NCBI GenBank assembly: GCA_015075175.1
Contig: JABTUV010000001.1
Span: 1,103,677 to 1,167,676 of the forward strand
From: a bacterium
GTDB lineage: Bacteria; Hinthialibacterota; Hinthialibacteria; H5-UNCL2
DNA length: 64,000 nt
Direction: 5' to 3'
The notes beneath the pieces were generated by a model. That model searched no databases. It saw only the letters and a list, made by a program, of their open reading frames with translations, and had not been told where the DNA came from. Shown here piece after piece: positions 8,357 to 19,049 of the stretch. Positions within the stretch are counted from its first letter, which is position 1. Each line of letters starts with the position of its first letter. Both the position numbers and the translations under genes were made by a program.

Positions 8357-10096
8357 GACATGAGGGACGTGGACGGTATCATGCATGATCTTCTGGACAA
8401 AATGGTGGCGGCGCGGCAGCTCTCCTCCGCCGACGCGGTCGCACTGCAACGACAGTGCGCCGCTGGAGAGCTCCCCGCCCCCCAGTCCGAAGAGGATGTC
8501 CTGCGCTGGCTGGCGCGGGAATACGATCTGCCTTATACCGATCTGGACAACGTCGAGCCGGACCGGGCCCTCTTGTCGCTGTTCCCCGCGCGGGTCCTCT
8601 TGAAGGAGGAGATTCTCCCGCTGCAGAGGGTTAACGGCAGCGTCGAGGTCGCCGTCTCCCGCCTGTTTGCTACCGAAGGGTTGGACACGCTCAAGGCCCT
8701 CACGGGCCTCTCGCTCTCGCCCGTGCTGGCTCCCTCCGGCGCCATCGCCCGTGAGATGAAAAAGCGGCTCGGCGTCGGCGCGGATACGCTGGACACGCTG
8801 GAGGAGGAAACCCCCCTGCAAGTCGTCGACGAGGCGGCCTCCGACGACGCCAACCTGGACGAGGCCGCCGAGGACGCCTCCATCATCCGCTTCGTCAACC
8901 AGGTGCTGGCCGACGCCATCGCCCTGCGCGCCACCGACATCCACCTGGAGCCGTTTGAAGAGGAGTTTCGCATCCGCTACCGGATCGATGGGATGCTCCA
9001 AGAGGTGCCCGTGCCGGTGCAGATCAAGCGCTTCCAGCCCGCCATCGTGTCGCGCGTGAAGATTCTCTCGCATCTGGACATCGCCGAGAAGCGCTTGCCG
9101 CAGGACGGCCGCATCAAGGTGCGGGTCGAGGGCGCCGAGGTGGATGTGCGCGTCTCCGTCATCCCCATGCTCCACGGCGAGGCCGTGGTCATGCGTCTCC
9201 TGCGCCAGGGCACGACGCTTTTGGGACTCTCCGAACTGCGCATGGCCGAGCGCGAGGCCCGCATCTTCCGCCGCATTCTCTCCTTGCCGCACGGCATCGT
9301 GCTCGTCACCGGCCCCACCGGCAGCGGCAAGACCACCACCCTTTATTCGGCGCTCTCCGAGATCAACGACGCGGTCCGCAAGATCATCACCATCGAGGAC
9401 CCGATCGAGTACCACATGCACGGCGTCAACCAGATTCAAGTGTCGGAGAAGGCGGGGCTTACGTTCGCCCGCGGTCTGCGCTCGATCCTCCGGCACGACC
9501 CGGACGTGGTGCTGGTGGGGGAAATCCGCGACTCGGAGACGGCGCAAATCGCCGTGCAGGCGTCGCTGACGGGACACCTGGTGTTTTCGACGCTGCACAC
9601 CAACGACGCGCCGGGGGCGCTGACGCGCCTCGTGGACATGGGAGTCGAGCCGTACCTGGTCGCCTCCTCGCTGGAGGCGGTGCTGGCGCAGCGGCTGGTG
9701 CGGGTGCTTTGCCCGCGCTGCAAGGTCGAGGAGACTTCGCAAAAGGCGCTGGCCTTCCGCGCCGAACTGGGCCTGCCCGAGGACCGGCCCATCTATCGCG
9801 CCGTGGGCTGCCCCGCCTGCCGGCATACCGGCTTTCACGGACGCCGCGCGGTCTTTGAATTGATGGACATGAACGACGAAATCCGCTCCATGGTTCTGCA
9901 TTCATGCTCCTCGGGCGAGATTCGCGCCGTGGCGCGCAAGACCGGCATGAAGTCGCTGTGCGAGGACGGCTGGCGGATCGTGGCGGAAGGCGAGACCACC
10001 CTGGAGGAGGTGCTGCGGGTGACCCGCAGCGACCGCTCCGACGGGGCCTCGCGCCTGGCGGAGGACGCGCAGATTTCCACCACGGAGAGCGCGTAA
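8357..10096 (+). CDS. gspE: Type II secretion / type IV pilus assembly ATPase (GspE/PilB)
   Basis: N-terminal GspE_N-like domain, Walker A GPTGSGKTT, and a CPxC...CPAC tetracysteine motif; about 580 aa. Confidence 0.9.
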   Translation, partial: DMRDVDGIMHDLLDKMVAARQLSSADAVALQRQCAAGELPAPQSEEDVLRWLAREYDLPYTDLDNVEPDRALLSLFPARVLLKEEILPLQRVNGSVEVAVSRLFATEGLDTLKALTGLSLSPVLAPSGAIAREMKKRLGVGADTLDTLEEETPLQVVDEAASDDANLDEAAEDASIIRFVNQVLADAIALRATDIHLEPFEEEFRIRYRIDGMLQEVPVPVQIKRFQPAIVSRVKILSHLDIAEKRLPQDGRIKVRVEGAEVDVRVSVIPMLHGEAVVMRLLRQGTTLLGLSELRMAEREARIFRRILSLPHGIVLVTGPTGSGKTTTLYSALSEINDAVRKIITIEDPIEYHMHGVNQIQVSEKAGLTFARGLRSILRHDPDVVLVGEIRDSETAQIAVQASLTGHLVFSTLHTNDAPGALTRLVDMGVEPYLVASSLEAVLAQRLVRVLCPRCKVEETSQKALAFRAELGLPEDRPIYRAVGCPACRHTGFHGRRAVFELMDMNDEIRSMVLHSCSSGEIRAVARKTGMKSLCEDGWRIVAEGETTLEEVLRVTRSDRSDGASRLAEDAQISTTESA

Positions 10097-10102
10097 CCCC
10101 CC

Positions 10103-11327
10103 ATGTCGCAGTTCCGTTATCGCGCGCTGCAAGCGGATGGAGGAATCGCCGAGGGGGCGCTGGATGCGCCCGGCCGGCATGAGGCGATGCGGCTACTGGA
10201 GGCGCGCGGCCTGCGTCCGGTGGGACTCTTTGAGGCCGGCGAAGCCGCCCCCGACCGCGCCGCGCCCCAACCCGAGGTCGCAAAAAAGAAAATCCCCCGC
10301 CGCGTGGTCGAGGACTTCACGCGGCAACTCTCCAGCCTCCTGTCGGCGGGCATTCCCCTCGCCCGGGCGTTGCGCATTCTCTCCAAGGAGGCCGCCAGTC
10401 CCGCCGCCGGCGCCACCTGGCGCGCCGTCCACGACCGCGTGGTCGATGGCGCCGCCCTCGCCGACGCCCTGACTCAATTCCCCTGAGACCTTTCCCCGCG
10501 TCTACGTCGCCATGGTCGCCGCCGGCGAAAGCGGCGGATTCCTGGACGTGGTGCTCAACCAGATCGCCGATTTCCAGATGCGCGAACGCGAACTTCGCTC
10601 CCGCATCATCTCCGCCATGATCTACCCCGCGGTCCTCCTGTGTCTCGCCGTGGCCGTTCTTGTTTTTCTCCTGACGTTCTTCATTCCGCGTTTTCAGGCG
10701 ATCTTTGCCGGATTCGGCGCGCAGTTGCCCCTGATTACACGCATCATTCTCTCCGCCAGCGAGGTTGCGCGGCACTACGGCGTGCTGGTCGTGCTCGTGC
10801 TCGTGGTGGGAGGGTTTCTGGCGCGGCGGGTGCTGGAGACGGAGCGGGGGCGGCGCGCCTGGGAGAGCCTCATCCTGCGCCTGCCCACCTTCGGCAGGCT
10901 TTCCGCCCGCTTCGCCATGACCCGCTTCTGCCGCATGTTGGGGACCTTGATCGGCGCGGGCGTGCCGCTGGTCAACTCGCTTTCCGTCGCCCGCCGCTCC
11001 CTGGGCAACCAGATTCTCGTCGACGCCGTCACCGCCAGCATCGACCGCGTCAAGGAAGGCGAGTCGCTGGCCGCCAGCCTCGCCGACACGCCTACCCTCT
11101 TTCCCGGCTCCATGATCGAGATGATCTCCGTAGCCGAAGAGACGGGACGGCTGGACAGCGAACTGGTGCGCCTGGCCGACGCCGCCGACTCGGACCTGGA
11201 CCGCCAACTGCGTATGGCCGTCGCCCTGGCCGAGCCGGTCATGCTGTTCCTTCTGGCCGGTTTCATCGGAACCATTTTCATCGGCATGGTCATGCCCATT
11301 TTCTCTTTGCAGGACTATATCAAGTAA
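10103..11327 (+). CDS. gspF: Type II secretion system protein F (GspF/PilC) with an apparent +1 frameshift at a C4 run near 10485
   Basis: The two halves of a GspF-like protein sit in two frames: ...ALTQFP* and then ETFPRVYVAMVAAGESGGFLDVVL. An extra T after CCCC explains the break. Confidence 0.8.
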
Positions 11328-11344
11328 TTCCTGGAGGTGATGCC

Positions 11345-11842
11345 ATGAGAATAACATGTTCGCAGCCGCGCCGCCGCCAATTTGAGCGGGTGGGTCGGGC
11401 ACTCTTGCCTGACAAGCCGGGTCAGGCGACCCGGCCTATCCGCGCGGGCTTCACGCTGGTCGAACTCTTGCTCGTACTCCTGATCCTGGCGGTGCTTGCG
11501 GCCATCGTCGTGCCCAAGTTCGTGGGCCGCAGCGAGCAGGCGCGCATCACCGCTGCGCAGACGCAACTGGCCATGTTCGAGTCCCAGCTGGACGCCTTCG
11601 AGGTGGACAACGGGTACTATCCCAAAGGCTCGGACGGCCTCTTGCAGTTGGTCGAGGAGCCGCGCGACGCCAAAAACTGGCGCGGCCCCTACTAGAAGGA
11701 GATTCCCCTCGATCCCTGGGGCAACGCTTACGTCTACGAGTATCCCGGCCGGCACAACGAACGCGGCTACGACCTCATGTCGCTGGGACCGGACGGCCGC
11801 GCGGGCACGGAAGACGACATCTGCAACTGGAGGACGAAGTAA
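11345..11842 (+). CDS. gspG: Major pseudopilin GspG carrying an in-frame TAG at 11693-11695
   Basis: Prepilin motif [23 protein letters not shown]. The conserved W-GPY-L-...-DPWGN-Y-Y motif reads [21 protein letters not shown] in a single frame, so TAG takes the place of the Leu codon. Confidence 0.75.
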
Positions 11843-11846
11843 ACCC

Positions 11847-12326
11847 ATGAAGTCGCCTTCCCGTCGTCGCGGGCTGACCATGATCGAGCTCTTGATCGTG
11901 ATGGCGCTGCTCACCATGGTCATGGCGCTGTCCCTGCCGCGCCTTTCGCGCTTTATGGGCGGGCGCGCGCTGACCGAGGAGACGCGCCGCTTCATCGCCC
12001 TGTCCCGCTATGCGCGCAGCCAGGCGATTACCCTGGGCGTGCCCATGCAACTGTGGTTGGACGCCGAGAACGGCCGCTATGGGCTTTCTCCTCTCTCCGG
12101 TTACGAGGATGCCGACGACCGCCCCGTCACCTTTGGACTGGGCGAGGACCTGCGCCTCCAGTTGCTCGACGGCCTCGCCGACAAGTCCGGCATGGCGTAC
12201 CTGACCTATTGGCCGGACGGGCGACTGGACGAGTCCGGGCCGCAGCGGATTCTCATCTGGAAGGGCGACGAAGAGGTCGTCCTGATCACGCGCTCGGGAC
12301 GCGATTTCGAGGTCAGGGCGGAGTAA
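11847..12326 (+). CDS. Minor pseudopilin (GspH-like)
   Basis: Prepilin-type N-terminus GLTMIELLIVMALLTMVMAL; 159 aa. Confidence 0.6.
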   Translation: MKSPSRRRGLTMIELLIVMALLTMVMALSLPRLSRFMGGRALTEETRRFIALSRYARSQAITLGVPMQLWLDAENGRYGLSPLSGYEDADDRPVTFGLGEDLRLQLLDGLADKSGMAYLTYWPDGRLDESGPQRILIWKGDEEVVLITRSGRDFEVRAE

Positions 12327-12328
12327 CC

Positions 12329-12736
12329 ATGAAGCGGCGCGGCGCATTTACGTTTGCGGAGACGCTGGCGGCGATGGCGTTCGCCGCCTTCGTCGTGCCC
12401 GTGGCCATTCACGCGGTCGTCATCGCCAATCGGGCCGGCGTGGCCGCCGAGCGCAAGCGCGTGGCCGCCGACCTGGCCCGGCATTGCCTGACCGACATCG
12501 TGGTAGGCGGCGATTGGCGCGATGCCGACAAGCGCGGCGATTTCGGCGAGGACCGGCCCGGCTACCGCTGGCAGCTCTCTGACCAGGCCTGGAGCGAGGA
12601 CGCCATGCGCGAGATTACCGTCGAGGTGTTTTACACCGTGCAGGACCGCGAGTATCGCGTCGCGCTCGCCACCCTCGTGCCCGAGACGGAGGAGACGGTC
12701 TCCAGCTCCTCCGCGGAAGGGACGGCGGCGCCATGA
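12329..12736 (+). CDS. Minor pseudopilin (GspI-like)
   Basis: N-terminus RRGAFTFAETLAAMAFAAFVV is prepilin-like; 135 aa. Confidence 0.5.
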   Translation: MKRRGAFTFAETLAAMAFAAFVVPVAIHAVVIANRAGVAAERKRVAADLARHCLTDIVVGGDWRDADKRGDFGEDRPGYRWQLSDQAWSEDAMREITVEVFYTVQDREYRVALATLVPETEETVSSSSAEGTAAP

Positions 12737-12881
12737 CGCGGGCGGTAGGCGCCGTCTCAGGAAAGATTGCAGCGTGCGGCCGTGCTCTCGATACGCGGCC
12801 CGAAGGTGCATCTCGGTACGATGCGCTCCCTCGTCGGGCCGCCCGCGAGGACGTCAGTCTTGTTCTTCTCTCAACCCTTCT

Positions 12882-13577
12882 TTTTTGCCAGCTTGCGCAG
12901 GAGGCTTCACGCTCTTGGAACTCTTGATCTCCAGCGTCATGGTCGCCATCCTCGTGGCCGCGCTGTATCCCGTCTTTCGCGGCGTGGTGCAGATGGAGAA
13001 CACCACGACCGACATGCTGGCGGCGGGCCGTCCCCTCGCCGACCTGGCGTTGCCGCTGCGTTTGGACCTGGAGAACGCCGTCGCGCCCGGCGGCCTTCTG
13101 GCCGGTCCGCTGCTCTCCGAGAAAAACGAGGAGGCCCGCGCCCGCCGCGACCGGCTGGAAATCTATACCACCTCCGCGCGCATCTCCGACAGCAGTCCCT
13201 GGGGCGAAATCTGCAAGGTCGAGTACACCCTGGAAGAGCCGGAAACCGGCGGCCGCGACGCGGGCAGGGAACTCATTCGCACCGTGACCCGCAACCTGCT
13301 GGCTTCCAGCGATTCGACTCCCACGGCGTACCTGCTCATCGACGGCGTGGAGTCGCTGGCCTTCTCGTTCTTTGACGGCGAGACCTGGCAGGACAGCTGG
13401 GACGCCACCAGTGCGGACACGGTGATGCCGGAGGCGATCCGCGTGGACATCACATTCGTTGCCGCAGAGGCTGGCCGGCGCCAGCGGCCGCCCCTGTCGT
13501 GGACGTTCGAGATCGCCGCGCAGCCGGTCAGCACGCCGACAGCCGCGTCCAGCCAGGGCGGGGGAGGGGGACGGTGA
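12882..13577 (+). CDS. Minor pseudopilin (GspJ-like); the start is uncertain because of a possible frameshift in a T6 run
   Basis: Prepilin motif GGFTLLELLISSVMVAILVAA. The nearest ATG (12818) is in another frame, so the candidate start is TTG at 12882. Confidence 0.5.
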   Translation, partial: FLPACAGGFTLLELLISSVMVAILVAALYPVFRGVVQMENTTTDMLAAGRPLADLALPLRLDLENAVAPGGLLAGPLLSEKNEEARARRDRLEIYTTSARISDSSPWGEICKVEYTLEEPETGGRDAGRELIRTVTRNLLASSDSTPTAYLLIDGVESLAFSFFDGETWQDSWDATSADTVMPEAIRVDITFVAAEAGRRQRPPLSWTFEIAAQPVSTPTAASSQGGGGGR

Positions 13578-14953
13578 TGAAAGCGTCTTCCGTGCCCGCC
13601 AAGAGCAGGCTCAAGCCTGTACTCCGGCATCGACGCGCGCGCGGCGCGGTCCTCGTGATCGTGATGTGGATCGCCCTGGGATTGGTGAGCGTGGCGCTGC
13701 TTTTCGGCGGGTCGATGATGCTGGAGTATCGCGCGGCGGACAACGCGGTTGCGGCACGGCAGGCCGAGACCGCGGCCGCGGGGGCCGCCCGCTACGTGCG
13801 CTTCTTGCTCTCCGACCTTACCACCCCGGGCGAGCCCCTGGACGCCGCCGACTACTCCGCCGAGGCCGTCCCCGTGGGCGAGGCCCGCTTCTGGCTGGTG
13901 GGCCGCGATCCCAACGAGGACCCCGACGAGCACCCGCGTTTCGGCCTCGTGGACGAAGCCGGCAAGCTCAACCTCAATACCGCCACCCGCGAGATGCTCG
14001 AGCTTCTGCCCCGCATGACCGCGGAACTGGCCGCCGCCATCGTGGATTGGCGCGACGAGGACGACGACCTCTCCCCCGACGGCGCCGAGTCGGAGACCTA
14101 TCTCAAACTCGACCCGCCCTACAACTGCAAGAACGCCCCCTTCGAGAGCGTGGATGAACTGCGCCTCGTTTACGGTGCGGACCTGGAGATTCTCTACGGC
14201 GAAGACACCAACCGCAACGGCGTCCTGGACCCCAACGAGGATGACGGCGACGCCAGCCCGCCCAGCGACAACGCCGACGGGCGGCTGGATGCGGGCATCT
14301 GCGAGTATCTGACGGTGTACAGCCGGCAGTCCAACACGCAGGCGGACGGCACGCCACGCGTCAATATCAACGGCGGCCGGCGGCAGATTGAAGAGGTCCT
14401 GGTGGAGGCGCTGGGCGAGACGCGTACCGCCGAGATCATGCCACTGCTCGGCCCCGGCGGGCAGTTCAGGAGCCTCCTGGAGTTCTACTATCGCGGCCAG
14501 ATCACCCTGGACGAGGCGGCGCTCCTGGAGGACGTGCTCACCGTGTCCGACGGTGATGAAATCCGCGGGTTGGTCAATATCATCACGGCGCCCGAACCGG
14601 TCCTCCTGTGCCTGCCCGGGATCGGCGAGGAGGGCGCGCCCGCGGTCATCGCCTATCGCCAGAATAAGACCGCCGACGAGCTGGCCACGGTCGCCTGGCT
14701 GCTTGCGGCGCTCGCGCCTGAGCGGGCGCTGGAGGCAGGCCCGTATATTACCGTCAAGAGCTACCAGTGGACGGCCGACGTGGCCGCGACAGGCCGCAAT
14801 GGGCGCGGCCTGGCGCGCATCCAGTGGGTCTTCGACCTCGCCGGCGGGCAACCAACCACGCTCTATCGGCGCGACCTTTCCCATCTCGGCTGGCCGCTGG
14901 GCGTGGACCTGCGCGCGACCTTGACCGCAGAAGCACGGGAGGAGCAGCGATGA
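13577..14953 (+). CDS. gspK: Type II secretion system protein K (large minor pseudopilin)
   Basis: N-terminal TM (VLVIVMWIALGLVSVALLF), about 458 aa, Asp-rich region (calcium-binding-like) and a helix-hairpin-helix-like stretch. Confidence 0.65.
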   Translation: MKASSVPAKSRLKPVLRHRRARGAVLVIVMWIALGLVSVALLFGGSMMLEYRAADNAVAARQAETAAAGAARYVRFLLSDLTTPGEPLDAADYSAEAVPVGEARFWLVGRDPNEDPDEHPRFGLVDEAGKLNLNTATREMLELLPRMTAELAAAIVDWRDEDDDLSPDGAESETYLKLDPPYNCKNAPFESVDELRLVYGADLEILYGEDTNRNGVLDPNEDDGDASPPSDNADGRLDAGICEYLTVYSRQSNTQADGTPRVNINGGRRQIEEVLVEALGETRTAEIMPLLGPGGQFRSLLEFYYRGQITLDEAALLEDVLTVSDGDEIRGLVNIITAPEPVLLCLPGIGEEGAPAVIAYRQNKTADELATVAWLLAALAPERALEAGPYITVKSYQWTADVAATGRNGRGLARIQWVFDLAGGQPTTLYRRDLSHLGWPLGVDLRATLTAEAREEQR

Positions 14954-16374
14954 AAGCCGGATCCCTGCGTTCGGGTGCGCTTTTGGGACTGTCGCTGGAG
15001 CCGGGCAAGCTCTCCTGCGCCATGGTCCAAGTCAGAGGCGGCCGGGCGCAGGTGAAGAAAACGCTGGAGGCGCCCCTGGCGCTGGACCCGCTCTCGGATG
15101 ATCCGGCGCTGGTGGGACGGGAGATTCGCAATCGCCTCTCGGCGGCAGGCATCCGGGCGCGGCGCTGCGCGCTGGCCCTGCCCGCCCGCTGGGTCCTCAC
15201 CCTACGCACCCCCCTGCCTGCCCTGGCGCCCGCCGACGAGGCCAACTACCTGGCCCTCGCGGCCGAGCGCGGATTCCCCTACGCGCCCAAAGACCTCTTC
15301 TGGGCGGTGTCGCGCTTCTCGCCCGCCAAGGGCGAGCTGGAGGCCACGCTGGTCGCCATTCCCGCCAACCACCTGGCCGTCATCGAGCGCGTGCTGCGGG
15401 CGGCGCGGCTCAAGCCGGTAACCATCACCGTGGGCGCCACGTTGCTCCTGCCGCCCCTGGACGACGGCGGCGGCCATGCAGTTGCGCTGGTCCTTTCCGA
15501 GACGGCGCTGGACCTGGCGGTCGGCGCCGGCGGCGGGCTGGTGGCCCTGCGTGCGCTGGGCGTCGAGCACGCGGGCATCGGCGAGGCCGCCCCCAGCGTG
15601 GACGCCATCGTGCGCGAATTGCGCATCACCCTGGGCCAGGCGCCGACCGACCTGCGCGAGCGCATCGACACCCTCTACCTTTGCGGTTCGCCCGCCATCG
15701 TAGACGACCTGGGGGACGCCTTGCGGGCGGGTGTGGCCCGATTGGGATTGACGTTGAATGTGGGCGCTCCACCCGTCGCCGACGGGCAGGCGTGGAGCCG
15801 CGAGCCGGTCGCGCCGACGGCGGCCGCGGCCGCCGCCCAATATCTCCTGGGCCGGCCGCCCCTGATCGCACAGCTGCCTCCCCGCCCCAGCCGCCACGCC
15901 CACTGGACCGGCCGCCTCTCGACCCGCTCGACCGTGTTCTGGGCAGGCGCCGCCGCCGCCCTGGCCGTGGTCGCAGGGCTGGCCTTCTTCGTCCAGCATT
16001 GGCGCCTCTCCCGCCTGGAACGCCAGTGGAGCGCCATCGCCCCTCAAGCGGAAAAACTTGGCGCCCTACAGGAAACCATGCGCCAGGTCCGCCCCTGGTT
16101 CGACGATTCCGCTCCCAGCCTCGTCGCTTTGTCGGCTCTTACCGAAGCCTTTCCCCAGACGGGCGAGGTTTGGACCAAGACCGTCTCCATCAAGGGTTCG
16201 GTCGTAACCTGCGAAGGCAACGCCCGGAGCAACGACGCCTGGCTGGGGATGCTGGCGCGCCTGCAGGCAACCGCGGGCGTCCAGGACTTGCAGGTGCGCG
16301 AGGTGCGCGGGGATTCGCCCCTGCAATTCAAGTTCAGCTTTCGCTGGAGTCCGGGGGACGAGCATGGAGCTTAA
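14950..16374 (+). CDS. GspL / PilM-PilN-like assembly protein: cytoplasmic actin-like domain, one TM, periplasmic domain
   Basis: 474 aa with a single central TM (FWAGAAAALAVVAGLAFFV); position within the cluster. Confidence 0.55.
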   Translation: MKAGSLRSGALLGLSLEPGKLSCAMVQVRGGRAQVKKTLEAPLALDPLSDDPALVGREIRNRLSAAGIRARRCALALPARWVLTLRTPLPALAPADEANYLALAAERGFPYAPKDLFWAVSRFSPAKGELEATLVAIPANHLAVIERVLRAARLKPVTITVGATLLLPPLDDGGGHAVALVLSETALDLAVGAGGGLVALRALGVEHAGIGEAAPSVDAIVRELRITLGQAPTDLRERIDTLYLCGSPAIVDDLGDALRAGVARLGLTLNVGAPPVADGQAWSREPVAPTAAAAAAQYLLGRPPLIAQLPPRPSRHAHWTGRLSTRSTVFWAGAAAALAVVAGLAFFVQHWRLSRLERQWSAIAPQAEKLGALQETMRQVRPWFDDSAPSLVALSALTEAFPQTGEVWTKTVSIKGSVVTCEGNARSNDAWLGMLARLQATAGVQDLQVREVRGDSPLQFKFSFRWSPGDEHGA

Positions 16375-16897
16375 ACGGCGCGAGCGCGTGCTGGCCGTCC
16401 TGGCCATCGCCGTTCTGGCGATATGGGCCGCCGACCAGTTGCTCATCGAGCCGCTGTGGGGCCTCTGGAAGGCGCGCCAGGAGCGGCTCTCGGAGCTGTC
16501 GGCATCGATTCTCCACGGCCGCTCGTTGGTGGACCGGGCGGCGGCCATCTCGGAACGATGGCAGGAGATGCGGGGGCGCAGCCTGCCGGCGGACGAGCCG
16601 GCGGCCGAGCAGGCGGTCCTCGTGGCCGTCTCCCGCTGGGCGGGCACCAGCCGATTGGGCGTCTCGGCCCTGAAGCCCCGCTGGCGGGAGGATGAAGGCG
16701 GACGCCGCCAGATCGAATGGAACGCCGAGGCCCAGGGCGATATCGCCCAAATCGCCCGCTTTCTTTACGAATTGGAACGGGATTCGCTAGCCTTGCGCGT
16801 GGAGGAACTGGATATCACCGCCCGCGACAACCGCGGCGAGACGCTGGCCCTGAAGCTCCGCTTCACCGGGCTCGTCTTTGAGGAGAAGACGTCATGA
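16364..16897 (+). CDS. GspM / PilO-like bitopic inner-membrane protein
   Basis: N-terminal TM VLAVLAIAVLAIWAA, 177 aa; position in the cluster. Confidence 0.45.
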   Translation: MELKRRERVLAVLAIAVLAIWAADQLLIEPLWGLWKARQERLSELSASILHGRSLVDRAAAISERWQEMRGRSLPADEPAAEQAVLVAVSRWAGTSRLGVSALKPRWREDEGGRRQIEWNAEAQGDIAQIARFLYELERDSLALRVEELDITARDNRGETLALKLRFTGLVFEEKTS

Positions 16898-17505
16898 CGA
16901 CCACGGCGGCCATCCCGGCTCGACTGCTGGTGGCGGCGTTCCTGGCGCTCCTCTTGGTGGCGCTGTGGTCGCCCGCATGGGGTCAGGATGAACGCCGCCC
17001 GCGGGATGCGGGCTTCGAGCGCTTCCGCGTGATCGTGGAGCGCAACATCTTTGAACCCAACCGGGGTCCGGCGCGCGGACATCGTCCCGCCCAGGAGGTT
17101 CGCCGCGACGATCCGCCGCCGGTCGAGACCTTGGCGCTTCTGGGCGCCGTCGTCTACGACAGCACGGTCGTCGCCGTCTTCACCGGATCGCGTCCCGATT
17201 TCCGGGCGACGGTGCGGCCCGGCGACAATCTGGCCGATATGCGAGTAGCGGAGATCAGGATTGGCGGGGTAACATTTGAGGGGGCAAGCGGCCGACTGGA
17301 ATTGCCGGTCGGTTGGCATCTGCGCCGGGTCGCCGGTGGGGAGTGGCAGGTCGCGTCCGGGCCGCTCCCGCAGCAGGTGCGGCGCAGGGAAGAGAGTCGC
17401 GCGGTTTCCGCCTCCGGCTCGCAGCCCGGCAGGCCGGCCGGGGTGGTGGAGTCCGACACCGCGCGACGCATGAGGGAGAGACGCGAGAGAGAGGAGTCGG
17501 AGTGA
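16894..17505 (+). CDS. GspC/GspN/PilP-like periplasmic protein
   Basis: Signal or TM N-terminus, 203 aa, charged C-terminus; position immediately upstream of the secretin gene. Confidence 0.35.
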   Translation: MTTTAAIPARLLVAAFLALLLVALWSPAWGQDERRPRDAGFERFRVIVERNIFEPNRGPARGHRPAQEVRRDDPPPVETLALLGAVVYDSTVVAVFTGSRPDFRATVRPGDNLADMRVAEIRIGGVTFEGASGRLELPVGWHLRRVAGGEWQVASGPLPQQVRRREESRAVSASGSQPGRPAGVVESDTARRMRERREREESE

Positions 17506-19026
17506 TGAATATCAAAAAGTCGATGCTCAGAGTGGCACTTCTGGTCGCCCTGGCAGCCATGCTTCCGGTCGTCGGCGCGGCGACCGAAGCGCCACCGCGC
17601 CGCCCGCCGCCTGGTTTCGCAAAACGCCCCCCCCAGTTCCGCCGAGGGCCTGCGCCTCAATTTCCGCGGCGCGCCCCTCGATACCGTGCTCGACTACCTG
17701 TCCGAGGCGGCGGGCTTCGTGATCGTGCGCGAGGCCCAGGTGGACGGGACCGTCGATGTCTGGAGCCACCAGCCGCTTTCCCGCGAGGAGGCGGTGGAAT
17801 TGCTCAACACCGTCCTCTACCAGAAGGGGTACGCCATCCTGCAGCGCGGGCGCATCCTGACCATCGTCTCCCGCAATGCCGCCACCCGCAGCGACATTCC
17901 GGTCAAGACCGGCCGCAAGCCCGAAGAGATTCCCCGCACCGACCAGCTGGTGACCATGGTCATTCCCGTCTCCTACGCCGACGCCGACAAGCTGGTGGAG
18001 AACCTGCGGCCGCTTCTGCCGCCTGAGACCACGCTCTCCTCCAACCACGGCAGCAACTCGCTGATTATCACCGGCCCCCAGACCGACATCCGGCGCATGG
18101 TGGAGATCGTGGACGCGCTGGACACCTCGCTGGCGGCGGTCTCGACCGTGCGCGTTTTTCCGCTGCGCTACGCCGACGCCAAGCAATTGGCCAGCGTGGT
18201 CACGGAAATCTTCAAGCAGGAGGATCAGAGCTCGCGCGACGGCAATCGCATGGAGCGGTTCATCCGCGGGATGCGCGGCGGGCCGTGGGGCGGAGGCGAC
18301 ATCTCCCTGGACGAGGGCGGCCCGGCCGCCCTCCGCGGCAATGTCCGCGTCATCGCCGTCGCCGACGAGCGCACCAATTCCCTCGTGGTCAGCGCCCCCG
18401 AGGAAGTCATGCCCACCATCGCCGGACTCGTCGCCGAGGTGGACACCGTCAGCGAGGATCTGACCCAGATTCGCGTCTTTCCGCTGCAATACGCCAGTGC
18501 GGAGGAGATGGCGCAGGTCATTACCGACATCTTCCAGCAGCGGACCCAGACCGGCCAGACTACCCAGACCCAGCAGGGGCCGCGCTTTTTCGGCTTCGGC
18601 GGGCGTGGTCCTTTCGGCGGCGCCCAGAATAATCAGAACGCCGCCAACACCTCCGCCACCGGCCGTCGCACCGTGCAGGAAAACACCGTGCTGGCGGTCG
18701 CCGATCTGCGCACCAATTCGGTCGTGGTGCGCGCCGCCAGCGAGCTGATGCCGCAGGTCGAGCAGATGATCCGCGGCCTGGACGAGAACCCCGCCAAGGC
18801 CAAGAAGGTCCACGTCTACCGCCTGGAGAACGCCGATCCCGAGCAGGTCGCGCAAATCCTGGAGGGCATGTTGTCGGGTGAGTCCGGCACCTCCAGCTCG
18901 TCCACCGGCAATCGCAACCTGCGTTCGCAGAATACTTCCAACACCCGCGGCAACACGGGGACTTCCGCCAATCGCAACACCGGCACGCGCAATACCGGTA
19001 CGCGCAACACGGGATTCAACTTCTAA
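17505..19026 (+). CDS. gspD: Secretin N-terminal periplasmic domains (N0, N1, N2, N3-like), frameshifted in a C8 homopolymer
   Basis: The signal peptide MNIKKSMLRVALLVALAAMLPVVGAA is in frame 0. The N0 domain (LNFRGAPLDTVLDYLSEAAGFVIV...) is in frame +1, and the junction is the C8 run at 17627-17634. The C-terminus is a low-complexity NTGTRNTGTRNTGFNF tail. No secretin pore domain is present in this ORF. Confidence 0.7.
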
Positions 19027-19049
19027 CGCGGCAGGAAAGGGAAAAAGCA

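Noticed and set aside
7571-9901. 776-aa ORF on the minus strand (and similar long antisense ORFs at 17527..19062, 29015..32026, 35804..36988 and 37818..39671)
   Set aside because: They lie antisense to well-supported genes (gspE, secretin, sulfatase/flotillin, permease, GH). Their translations are Arg/Gly/Pro-rich low-complexity sequence typical of stop-codon-poor antisense frames in high-GC DNA
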